Source of the DNA: Geosiphon pyriformis uo1
Lineage: Eukaryota; Fungi; Glomeromycota
Direction of reading: 5' to 3'
Assembly (NCBI GenBank): GCA_016748015.1
Contig: JAAOMT010000414.1
Span: 214,481 to 278,480, forward strand
DNA length: 64,000 nucleotides
Position 1 is the first letter of the stretch, and every line of letters begins with the position of its first letter. Below are positions 52,963 through 64,000 of this stretch, in pieces. The translations under genes were made by a program, and so were the position numbers. The notes beneath the pieces are model-generated. The model did no database searches. It worked only from the letters and a program-made list of their open reading frames with translations, and was not told the origin of the DNA.

Positions 52963-53941
52963 TTATGTTACCAGACAAAATTAGAGATATTATTTAGCAT
53001 AAAATTATCTTATAATTTCTATCATTAATTAGCATATATTATTGTTTCAAATTATCACTTATTACATTAGCAAAAATGTCTGAAATTATCATTTAATTAA
53101 TAATCCAAATTGTACACAACACAAATGTAACCTAATTGCAATGATCAATCATGCAATACCCTGAACTATGTAACATTCAAAAGTTCGCTGAAATTTATAG
53201 AAATTTGCCGAAATAATTGATAGTTCACCGAAATATCTAATAGTTTGCAGAAATAACTTGTAGTTCGCCAAAATGTATTTTTAGTTCAGCGAAATTGTAG
53301 AAAATAACAAAGTTCAAGTTCATATAATAGTGTTACGACAAGTTGTATAAAAGAAGAGCTTTTCTCTTTGAGAAAATGTATCTTACTTTAGATTTAACAA
53401 TTAGAATCATCCTTTAAACACAAAACAAAATAAATATCAAATAATTCGAAAAATCAAATCCTGAATTATTTCACTTTTGAAATTAACTAATTCTTATGAA
53501 ACAGTTTGAAATTGATTAGCTACCAATTTCAGTAAACTGTTAGTGACTCCAGGCCTGGATAGAAAACATTTCCCTTGACAGAATTCTATTTTTTTTACAT
53601 TTATTTTATTTCTTTTCTTTTCTTATTACAATTATTAAGGTAGCCTACAGACGAGATTCCTGTAGAAGAGTTGACTTTCACAGCAAAGTAACTACACATT
53701 TTAGTGAGTTTCCAGACGAGCAATTTCTGGGAAAGAGTTGATGTTTACTACAACATAACTACATAAAATAACTGGCAAGGAATTGGTCATTCTACTTATA
53801 AGCCCAACAGTTCAAATTATAGGAGATAATTTGAAGATAAATTCAGTTACTGGAGGTTCAACTACTTCCTGAAAACGTGAATTTACAGCAAATTAACAAC
53901 AACAACATTTAAGAAAAGAGACCCAAAAACCTTCAGTAACA

Positions 53942-56900
53942 GCGCCCATTAATGACAATTTCTTACCACAATTGACACATATTAGCTTTGGTCGACAATA
54001 ATTAGTTGGTGGTAATGCATAGGTGTGTGAGTTATGAGCAATAGTGTCGGTGAGTATTGTTTCTTCTTCCTTCTCTTTTCTCTTCCCTTTATTGCTTTCT
54101 TTGTTTTCTTCCTATTCCCAGCTCGATATCAGTTCATTATTATTGGTCCAAGTCAGGTTATCTGTTTTTTAGGTAAGTTCTGCTCTTTGTTTTTTTTTCC
54201 CATTGTCATTGTTATTCCAAGAAAGTATTGGCGGCAGTTCGTTGTGGTCGACATCAGCCCATGATACTTGATATGCTTCCCATGTTGGTTTGTTTTCTTC
54301 CTCCTTAAATTTGATAAACAGTGTTGTTGTCCTGACATTGCTGGGTTTGAAATGGCCACATATTGCTGGGACTTGTGTGTGTTGGCCATTTTGGCTGAGT
54401 TGAAGTTCTTGGGTGGTCCAATTGAGCATTGCATTGGTTTTGAATAACCAATTGTTGTCAACAAGTGCTTGATACTGAGTGGCTTTCATCATTAGAACTT
54501 TGATGGGTATTGTGATGCCATTAACTTTGATGGTGAAGTCATCTATTTTGCTGATTGGAATTTTGGTAGCTCCATCAGCAGTGATAATTCTTGCACTAGC
54601 AGCACAATTAACTCGGTGACCTAATTGGTCCATGAGTTGTCTTGTAATGATACTGCCAGTTGATCCACTATCTAGGATCAATTTGATGGGGTGCCCATCA
54701 ACTTTCGCATCAGTATACATTGCAGTGATGAGTTTTTCCTCAAGTGCTGCTTCACTGAATAATGGCATATCTGATGGTTCCTCGAGTTTGAATGGAAAGA
54801 TGACATCCAAAAATTCATTTTTGGTGATTGTAGCAGATGGGATATTATTGGTAGGTGGTTGTTGTTGTTCAATTCCCTGATTGCTGGAGGTGGCATCTTC
54901 TGGAGTCACCAAAAGGCTTAAATAGTGTTGGGAATTCAGGTTTTGGGTGGGACTGGTGCCCAAATTCCACTGACAAGATCCTGATTATTGGTGGGAAGAG
55001 CTGGGGATTGGTTGATGTACAACCATTGCCAATCTCCAGTTTTGGGTGATTCTCAATCTTGGGTTCCCTGATGTTATTTGAGCTGGGTTTGCTGGTGGTG
55101 TTTGAATGGTGGGTGTTTGATAGATTGCTGGTGGCTGTGGTTAATATATTACTTGTGGTTGTGTCTGATAAATTGCTTGTAGTGGTGGTTGATAAACTGG
55201 AATTTGATAAACTGGCAGTTGATAAATTGGTTGGTGCATCATAGGCAGGTAAGTGGGTTGGTATTGGTCTTAATTTGGGTGATGATTTGGAGTCTGGAAC
55301 CAGTGATTGGGGTTTCTATATTGATTTTCTAATTGTGGATTGCTATAAATATGGCAGTTGGCTCTGATGTGCCCTTGTTTACCACAGTTGTGGCAGATGT
55401 GCATCTCTGATTGTCATGACTGATTGGATGACAACAATGAACATAACTGATTTTGGAAACAATTTGCATTTCCTTAATTGTTACACCATTGAAGAAATTG
55501 ATAAATCGTGTGATTGTTAGCTAAGTATCTCTAATTTCTGATTAATTGAATCACTGAATTGCTTCAATTTGGAATCCAATTTAGATAATTCATTTATTGC
55601 TAGATTAATGACTTGGGCATGGTTGGCTTTTAATTCAGCAGCTTCAAAATCTTTGGCATATGTGACTGCAGTTGAAAAGTCCATTGGATGTATTGGACAT
55701 ACTCGTTGTAGGATGCTACTGCACAATCCTTTAATAAATTGATTTAAAATCTGTGGTGCTGTGAAATAGTCAGCTTGGATGGCTTGTATTTGGTGTAGAT
55801 TTCTATGGAAGCATTCCAAGTAGATAGTGATTGTTTCAGTGTCTCCTTATCTGATCATTGTAAAGGTGTTGACTAATTTGTTGATACTATTATTGTTGCT
55901 AAAGTACCACAAGAATTCAGTTTTGAATCCATTAAAATTTTGGGGTTTGACAGTGAGGCTTTGATACCATGCATCAGCAATATCTTGAAGAAAATAAGGG
56001 ATCACTTGCATCATTCTAGCATTATTTCAATTATTGGCTGTAATGGCTTTGGCCACGTTATTTAACCAGACTTGGGCATCGTTTTCTTCACTATTGAATT
56101 TGTCAAGTTTTGTGATGGATGCGTAAGCCATTTGTTGTTGCTATGGTGATGGAAGTTGTTATTGTTGTTAAGATGGTACTGGTGGCGGTTGTTGATTTTG
56201 TTGGTTCTGTGGTTGGATGGGCTGGCCAATTGGTTCAATGGGTGGTTGATTGATGACAATAACTGGAGATAAGTATTGATTAATTACTTTGGAATTTGGA
56301 TTGTTCTGATTTGGTGGTGTTTGAATATTCAGAGTGTCATTTTCCTGATTGTCTAAATTTGGCTGGGTTTGAAAGTTCAGAGTTTTACTTTCTGGATTTT
56401 CTAGAATTGGGTTTTGGTAAGTAAATTTGTGATTTTCAGATTCTTTTTCCTTTTCTACTTCTTGTCCTCTTTCCAATTTAGTAATTTCTTATGAACTCAT
56501 GGTTCCAAAATTCAGTTGAGGTGGCGGTGATCAAAATTCTGATGGCGTCAGCAATTGAGATTTAAATTCTTCAAAATACTTGCCATATGGTCCTAGTAAA
56601 TCTTCTTTCCTTTGTTTAGTTTGAAATCGGAAACATTCAAATGTTAATGTCATATTTGATGTAGATGCATCTGTTAATGATATATTGATGGCACTTCTAG
56701 GGGTATAGTGGTAGAATGGGTTGTTTGGTGACTTAACTCTAGTTTTCTTTCAAGTGGGTGGTTGTATTCTTTGAGGTATTACTGCTGGTATTTGTAGTTT
56801 TCTTTTGCCTTTATTTGTGTAAGTAATTGGGTATCTTTGCTGTGTGTGATGTTTAATTTTTTTGTTGATCTTAATGATGATGGATGCAAAATTATGATTT

Positions 56901-57127
56901 GTGGATAGGCTGGTGTTTTGAATTAATTCGTTGTAAAAAGTTTCTTTCGTTGATTCAATATTCACAGATGTTCCCAACAGATAAACAATCTTTTCATTGA
57001 TGTAGAAATTGAAAGCTGATTCTGCTGATATGTAATTATGGGTTAATCCCAAATGTTGACAGTAATGTTGAAATAAGAATTTCGTGAATCTTAGATGGTT
57101 TGCTCCAACATTTTCTGATTCTGCCAC
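53942..57127 (-). pseudogene. A4 polyprotein 5' part: Gag and protease
   Basis: ORFs 56750-57127, 56168-56476, 55517-55819 and 54169-54963 (LDSGSTG). Knuckle CHNCGKQGHIRANC near 55350-55397. Confidence 0.95.
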
Positions 57128-58034
57128 TTTTGGATGGGGTTATTGGTGCTGGTTCTCTGTAGGATTATATCTCACAGGGAGCACCAAATGTTATGAGTAA
57201 TTATTTGGAGTGTTGAATCAAATAACAAACCCATAACTTGGTGCTAAAAGTTATTTACATTGATGTTATTAATCTGAAGGTTTTGTATCTGAAGGTTTTG
57301 GATTGAGTTCTTTATATAATAGACAGAGATTCAATAGTTGTTTTATCTGTAGCTTCCCAGAATTGCAATTTTGTCAATTTTTCTCTTGGCGTGATAGCTG
57401 GCAATCCTCTGGTAAGTATTCCGTATCTTCTGTATGTATTCTACTCTCTCGCAGGGGTCTTTTACCAGGCAATCCTTAACATCAGTAATTTAGTGCTTTA
57501 TTTAACCAATTAGTGCACAACAATAAAATCAAAATAAAATAAAGAAAAGAAATAAAAGAAAATCATAAATAAGCCAAGGTGATTTTGCAAGTTAGTATCC
57601 CATCAATAGCCGTGATCAAGATCTATTGTTCTAGTGTGTTTAAGTATCAATTACTATCAACATGGAGTGTTAATAGTGGAATTAGATTTGAGATACCAAA
57701 TAGTTATTTATTGTGTTTAGAAGGTTGTCTAGATCAAATCTAAACTGAGAGGTCTGCCTTTTTCAGCTTCTAATACTACTGCTATATATACATAATTAAG
57801 ATTCCTCAATTTCTCAATTCTTTACAACAGAAATCTTGAAATTCCTGAAATCCTGCAATTCCTTTGAGAGGAATCCTGGAATTCTGGAATCCTACGATTC
57901 CTTGTAAGAATCCTGTAATTCTTGGAATTCTGCAATTCCTGAGAGGAATTCTGGAATTCCATATTTTACTACGTCTACTTCTGATTGGCTAATAACTATG
58001 CTAATATATATTCCCTATATTTCTATAAGTAATA

Positions 58035-58936
58035 GCAGCTGCTGTGGTAGTTGAGGTGATTGAAGTGGCTGTTGTTGCTGTTCGTCGATTGGTGGAGCTG
58101 GGGGTGGATTAATTATGATTACTGAAGATAAGTGTTGTTGATTATTAATGTCAGAGTTTTGATCATTCTGATTGTGCTGCATTTAAAAATTTGGAGTTTC
58201 AATTTCCAGGTTTTCTGGAATTGGGTTCTGGTAAGTAAATTTTTGATTTTCAGATTCTTCTTCTTCTTCCTGTTTCTCTTCTGATTCTGTTAATTCCCAA
58301 GAACTCATGGTTCTGAAATCTGGTTGTGGTGGCAGTAATCGGAATTCTGATAGTGTTGACAATCGTGATTTAAATCCTTCAAAGTAATTGCCATATGGTC
58401 TTAATAACTCTGCTTTTTGTTGTTTACTTTGAAATAGGAAGCATCCAAAGATTGATGTCACATTTGATGTAGACGTGCCTATTAATAAGATGTTGATAAC
58501 ACTTCTGGGCGTATAATAGTATAATGGATTGGTAGGTGATTTAATTCGGGGTTTTCTTCCAATTGAGTGATTGTATTTGTTTTGGTGTTACTGCTGGGGT
58601 TTGCAATCTTCTTTTGTCTTTATCTGCATAGGTGATAGGGAATTATTGTTGTATATACTTTTCAATAGTTTGATTGATTTCCCTAATAATTGGTGCAAAA
58701 CTGTAGTTTCTTGGTAAGCTGGTATGTTGAAATAATTCTGTATAGAAATTTTCTTTTGTGAATTTAATGTTAACTGTTCCTCCTAAGCAGTCTGTGATTT
58801 TATTATTGACGTAAAAGTTGAAGGCTGATTCCATTGGGAAATAGTTATTGTTCAATCCTAATTGTTGACTGTACTATTGGAATAAAAATTTGGTGAATTC
58901 TAAATGGTTTGTTTCTATGATTTTTGATTCTGCCAC
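58035..58936 (-). pseudogene. A3 Gag N-terminal part
   Basis: ORFs 58643-58855 and 58183-58461 are homologous to the A4 Gag N-terminus. Confidence 0.9.
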
Positions 58937-61900
58937 TTTTGGATGATTGTTGATGGTGCTGATTCTCTGTAGGATTATACTTTACAGAAAGCACCAAATG
59001 TTACAGATGATTATTTGGAGTCTCAAATCAAATAACAAATCTGTAACTAAGTGCTCAATATCTTGACAATATTGGTGTTATGGGTACATTGGTTATATCT
59101 GAAGGTTTTAGAGTTGAGTCTTTTGTATAATAGACAGAGATTCAATAATAATGTCATTGGTTGTTGAGTTGTGTTCCCAATTTCTGTCTTCAGCTTGGTG
59201 GCTGGTTTATTCTGGTATTCCGCCTTTCTGATAAGCTATCTGTTAATATATATATAATTTTACTCTTATTTTTGGGTCTTTTATCAGGCTATTTATGATG
59301 TCAATTACTCAGTGCTTTAATCCTTAATTAGTTAGTATTCAACAATAAAAATCAAAGAAAGAAAGAAATAAAAGAAAAATAAAGAAATGAGCCAAGGCAA
59401 TGTACAAGTTAGTATTTCGTCAATAGCCATAATCAAGAGCTATTGTTCCAGTGTAATTAAGTATCAATTACTATTAACATGAAGTGTTAATAGTGAAGAG
59501 TGGATTTGGATGGTGACTAATTTATTTATTTAATATTTGTGGATGAAAGATTTCTAACTAAAAGATTCTGATCTTTCTACTTTTAATGCTACTGCTATAT
59601 ATACATAATTGATGTTTTATGAGATTGCTCACATTCCTGAACAATATGCTATGATTTCTTGAGCAATGCTCATATTGCTGAGTGATATGCTCTCATTTTC
59701 TAATATTGCTCCACATTGTCAAGCAATGTGCTGTGTTTTCTGATATTGCTCTATATTGCTGAGCAATGTGCTCACATGCTACATATTATTCACTTATTGG
59801 TCTACTATTTTCTTATATCTGTTTTTTTTTATGAGTAACACCAGATAATAAAAGAGGTATTGTCTTCTTTAACATTTGCTGGTGTTTATCTAATGATTCT
59901 TTGTTGAGCATTAACATTGGTTTCTTGTAAGAACCAAGTAGCAAAAAAGTTTTGAAGGTAGCCACTAATAATTTGAAACTTATATTTATTATTATATTGG
60001 TTGGCTGTGACAGCTCTTTCAAAGTTATCCAACCATTCAATTGGATCTTGTATATTACTTTTGAATAAAGATAATAGAGTATTGTTTTTTTGCCCTAAAG
60101 CAATTTGTATGCCTTGGAAGATAACCAAAATGTTTTGTTGTATAAAGTCATTAGCCATTGGTTCAAAGATAGCTGTTTGTGTAGAATGTTCTGATTTATT
60201 TAAAAAAAATCAAAAACAAGAGCAGTTTGGTAGCTTTCTTTTTCTGTTTCAAATGGTTTTTCAGCTAGTTAATAGGCAGCAATTCAAATGTGAATATGGT
60301 AATTTAGGTATTCAAAATTAAGAGACTGTTGTTCAAAGATTGTGGAATAATTGATATTGTTGTTTTTTTCTTCAAAGTTGTCTTCAAAATAAGCTTGGTC
60401 AAAGTAATAAATTATATAAGTTGTGTAAATTTTAGTTGAATGCTTATTCAAGAACCAGTTCTAAAAGTCTTAGAATTGTTTACTGGATTGTTTTTCAATA
60501 AGAAAACAAATCAAGCAGAAGAGCAAAAGATTAAGTTCAATAAATTCTAGATTATTTTTGTTGTGTGCTTCAAAGTGTTTTTCTGATTGTTGTAATAGGT
60601 ATGAATAATCACTCATACAATAGAAAACAAAGTAGATTTTTGACAACTTCACAAAAAACACTACTTTTATGTTACAGGTTGGAATAACAAACTAACAAAT
60701 AGCAAAGAAAAACAGGTTTATAGAGTGATAAAAAAAATCAAAGAGAATTCAATTTTAAAAAGCAAATTAAATAAGTATGGATTTAATATGTGAGATCAGT
60801 TTTATAAAATATCTCAGTTACTATACTTTTCAAAAAGTAACTAGGGAATTTGAAAGTAAAGAAATAGTTTATATTGTCAACAAATAATTACATACTGGTA
60901 TAATTCTATGTCTTATATTGGCACTTTTAGAATTTAATATCAAGTATCAGATGTATTTTTCAGTCATATTTTATTCAATAATCTTTAAATGCTACAATTA
61001 TACATTTCAAAAAAAGGGTAAAAAATAACCAACAAGTAATCTTTTATTCCAAGATATTCAAATACTTAAAGATAAGGAAAGAGAAATTAGTAATAAGAGA
61101 AAGATTAAAATGAAAGTTGTTATTTTATTTAATTAATTTTTTTAATTTCTAATATGTTTTTCTACAGCTAAAAAATTTATTGCTTATATAACTATTAAAA
61201 ATGATTAATAATCAGATTAATGGCTAGGTCAATGATCAGATCAATAATTAAATCAATAATTAGGTTATTGATTAAGTTAATAATTAGATCAATAATTAGA
61301 TTATTAATCAAGTCAATAATTACTATCTAAAAATAAGGTGGCTAATTATATGACATTAGTAATTAATACATGTAATAATTAATAAAAAGTATGAGTTTTA
61401 ACTGTAATACTATTATTAACCAAATAATTTAAAACTATTTTTCAAAAAAAATTATTTAATTTAAATTATTTAATTTAATATATTATATTAAATAGTAATT
61501 AAATTACATATTAAATAAAAAAATATTAATTTTTTATTTTTATTTATTTATTTTTATTAAAAATTTGTAATTAATTTAAAAAAGCCAAAAAAAAATACAA
61601 AAATAAATATAATTATTTAATTATTATAATTTAATATTAAAATAATCTAAAAAAACATATTTTAAAATTTTATTTTATTAAAAATTATTAATTTATTAAA
61701 AAAACAAAAAAATAATATTAGAGTTTAAACACTAATTATTAACAATATTATTATAATAAAACAGCTTTATTTTTGTTTATTATAAAAAAAACTGCCAAAT
61801 AAATACAAATTAAAAAGTAAATTAATAAAATTTTAAATATAACAAAAATTTTTAAAATTAATATTATATATTAAAATATTAAAAATTATAATATTTTATT

Positions 61901-61957
61901 TAAATAAATTATTTATAACAATAATAGTTATAAAATATTTTTTGTCTTCTTAATTTA

Positions 61958-64000
61958 ATGATTATAACCAAAATAAAGAGTAAAAAAGCTGTAACTAATA
62001 TTTTCTTTTTGGTATCTTATAAAGTTTTAACCATAGAAGTTTTTTTTGTCATAAAAACAGCTAAACAGAATGTTTTAAAAGTTTTCTTTTTAATTAATAA
62101 TAGTAAAAAGCTGTCTTTAGTGATTATTAAAGCATCTTTATTATTTTTGGCTGGTTTTTTACCAGTTAAAGTTTTTTTAAAAAGATAAGTTCTAATATTG
62201 TCTTTATCTTTTTTAAAAGCCCAAAAGTTTTTAATAACAGACCAATTAACAAACTGGTTTTTCTTACTATAGTTTCTACATCTGGTGTTTTTAGTATTAT
62301 CTTTTTGAAAATAATAGTCAAAAAAACTAAAGTTTTAAAAAAATAGAAACAGCTGCTCACTTTTGTTTTTATTATACTAAATCTCTTTGTGGTTTTTAAT
62401 ATAATCTTAAATAAGATTTCTGTTATATTATTTAACATGTTATTTAAAATAAAACAAAATCAACTATTGACTATACTGCCAAATATGATTTTTTTTAATA
62501 AATTATTATTGGTTTTAAAAGTAAAACAACAGTTTTTTATTGAATTATCTGTTCTTAGAAACTGAATTAATCAAATAGAAACTGATTTATTTTTTCTGCT
62601 GGTTTCTGGTATTGTTGCTAGTGATACTTGAAAAATCATTTCTAGTTGTCAAAAGTTTATTGGATAAATAGTCTTTATTTTGATATCTGATACTATTTTT
62701 AAGATTAAATTAGCTTATATTAAGACTGTTTTTCGGTCAATATATGGTTTTTTAGATGTAAAGTTAATATTAAAGAACAATATGAAGTTTTTTTGTATAG
62801 AGTTTGCTTTTTAGAAGTCTTTGAAAGCTGCTTTTTTGGTTAAGTTTACAAGTTCTGTTTGTTTGGTCACTCTTAAAATTGTCAAATCTTTGGTGGTTTT
62901 TGAGACTGGTTTTTTTTTACTGTTATTGTATTATATAATATGTTTTTAGATATATCTGTTGCTAATATTAAAATAATTTTTAGTGTATTTGATGAAATTG
63001 TCCATATTGTGCTAAAGTCTACTAGTGTTTGATAATATGTAGTTGTTTATTTTAAAAAACTGAATTCTGCTGTATTTGTTTTAAGTTATTGGTTAGTTTT
63101 AATAAGTAAAAATAGTATTAAAATCTTTTTTTTGGTAAATAAAAATGAGATTATTCTGTTTTATAATAGATTTAAAACCAAGTTGGTCAATTTTTTCTCT
63201 AATTGTACTGTTTTTAAAATTAATAACATGATTTTTTAAATTAATAGTTAGACATGTTTTATCTTTATTTTTCTGATTTTGGTCATTATTTTCAATTTGT
63301 CCTGATTATGTTTGAATCTTAAGTTGATTTAAATACTGTAGTTACCAGAATTGATACACTAAAAAAATGTTATATCTGATAAAAAACTTCTGATTGTTAA
63401 CACTATTTTAGATATTAAAAAATAGACTATTTGGTTGTAGACTATAAGATATTTTCACTTCTTTTTTTTAAAAGTCCTAAAATTTCCAAGATATTTGTGT
63501 CATATTTTGTGAATACTAAGTCTTATGTCAAAGCTTTTGTTTTTTTGAGTTTTTATTTTTAATAACTTTTATTCTCTTTTCTGTAATTGTTAATGGCTTT
63601 TTAGTGTTTTCTCAATTGTTTTTTTTGAAATCTGATTTGGCCAAGCTTTATGCATTGGTTAAATTAATTGTTAAATCTGTTGGCTTTTTAATTATTATGT
63701 TTAAACAATTTATTAAAAGTAATTTGGTTTTAAGTAGTGTTTTTAGCTTTAAGATTAATAAATTTATAGTTTATCTGTGTTTTTTTAGCAATATTGTTGA
63801 TAAGTTGGAAAAAAAAGTGATTGCACTGAAAAAAAAGTGCTGTATAAATAATATTAATATGTTTTGTAATTTGGATTTTTCAGTTGATATTAATAATAAA
63901 ATATTTTTTTGAACACATAAGCTTAATAATATTAAAACTTATTTTTTAAAAACAGCTGAATGACTGGTTAAATTGGTTTCTTATAGTATTAAATTATTTG
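61958..64000 (+). mobile_element. LINE-b: heavily decayed ORF1 of a second non-LTR retrotransposon, running off the window
   Basis: Long degenerate frame from ATG 61958 with RRM-like segments (KLFCIEFA, VVVYFKKLNSAV) and a decayed CCHC knuckle at ~63395-63448. Layout parallels LINE-a ORF1. ORF2 not seen. Confidence 0.65.

Larger units (their letters stand above)
44411..53941 (+). mobile_element. B2: youngest, complete Ty3/Gypsy element (976-bp LTRs at 44411-45386 and 52966-53941)
   Basis: TGTTAC...GTAACA LTRs, perfect TSD GCGC, PBS and PPT, full domain set. Confidence 0.98.
38323..58034 (-). mobile_element. A4: complete Ty3/Gypsy element (3' LTR 38323-39183, 5' LTR 57189-58034) containing B2
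   Basis: Matching LTRs, perfect TSD GCAG, PBS TGGTGCTCCCTGTGAGAT, PPT AAAAGGAGGGAATAA, all domains in order. Confidence 0.97.
29168..59840 (-). mobile_element. A3: near-complete Ty3/Gypsy element (3' LTR 29168-30054, 5' LTR 58999-59840) containing solo LTR D and element A4
   Basis: Matching LTR pair, PBS at ~58981-58996, PPT at 30055-30068. Gag is interrupted at 38322 and resumes at 58035. Flanks CCAT/CCAG. Confidence 0.93.
19172..61409 (-). mobile_element. C: Ty3/Gypsy element(s). 3' LTR 19172-19815, internal 19816-22607 (ORF3, IN, RNaseH, RT end), gag 59841-60660, 5' LTR 60670-61409
   Basis: The two LTRs are collinear homologues. PPT beside the left LTR, decayed PBS beside the right. RNaseH ORF 21992-22210, IN ORF 21019-21207, gag ORF 59886-60158. 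Flanks ATAT/CTAT do not match cleanly, so pairing of the halves is not proven. Confidence 0.75.

Noticed and set aside
1999-64000. Classical ascomycete RIP (CpA>TpA)
   Set aside because: The youngest LTR pair differs mainly at CpG rather than CpA. A computed spectrum would be needed to go further.

Overview
Eukaryotic, very AT-rich, repeat-dominated window. It is probably fungal, and the element families resemble those of Glomeromycotina such as Geosiphon (inference from recall, not tested). Only the first ~1.2 kb looks like host sequence: the 5' exon and CpG-retaining promoter of a minus-strand gene whose predicted intron holds a palindromic ~62-bp satellite. The rest is decayed, nested transposons. 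An old LINE carries (i) a hAT DNA transposon that contains a solo LTR and a deleted LTR element, and (ii) a stack of Ty3/Gypsy elements (my labels A0>C>A1>A2>A3>A4>B2). A second LINE ORF1 runs off the right end. Comparing copies from three LTR families shows an unusual shared three-ORF design. ORF1 is a single frame, apparently GUG-initiated in families A and B: Gag-protease-Cys-rich block-dUTPase-dUTPase-like-RT-RNaseH, then a stop. ORF2 is a stand-alone integrase behind a non-coding spacer of variable length. ORF3 is a ~200-aa non-env protein with a TATA-like box ~35-50 nt upstream. All copies are pseudogenised, mainly by C>T/G>A transitions. Domain boundaries are approximate and were read by eye.
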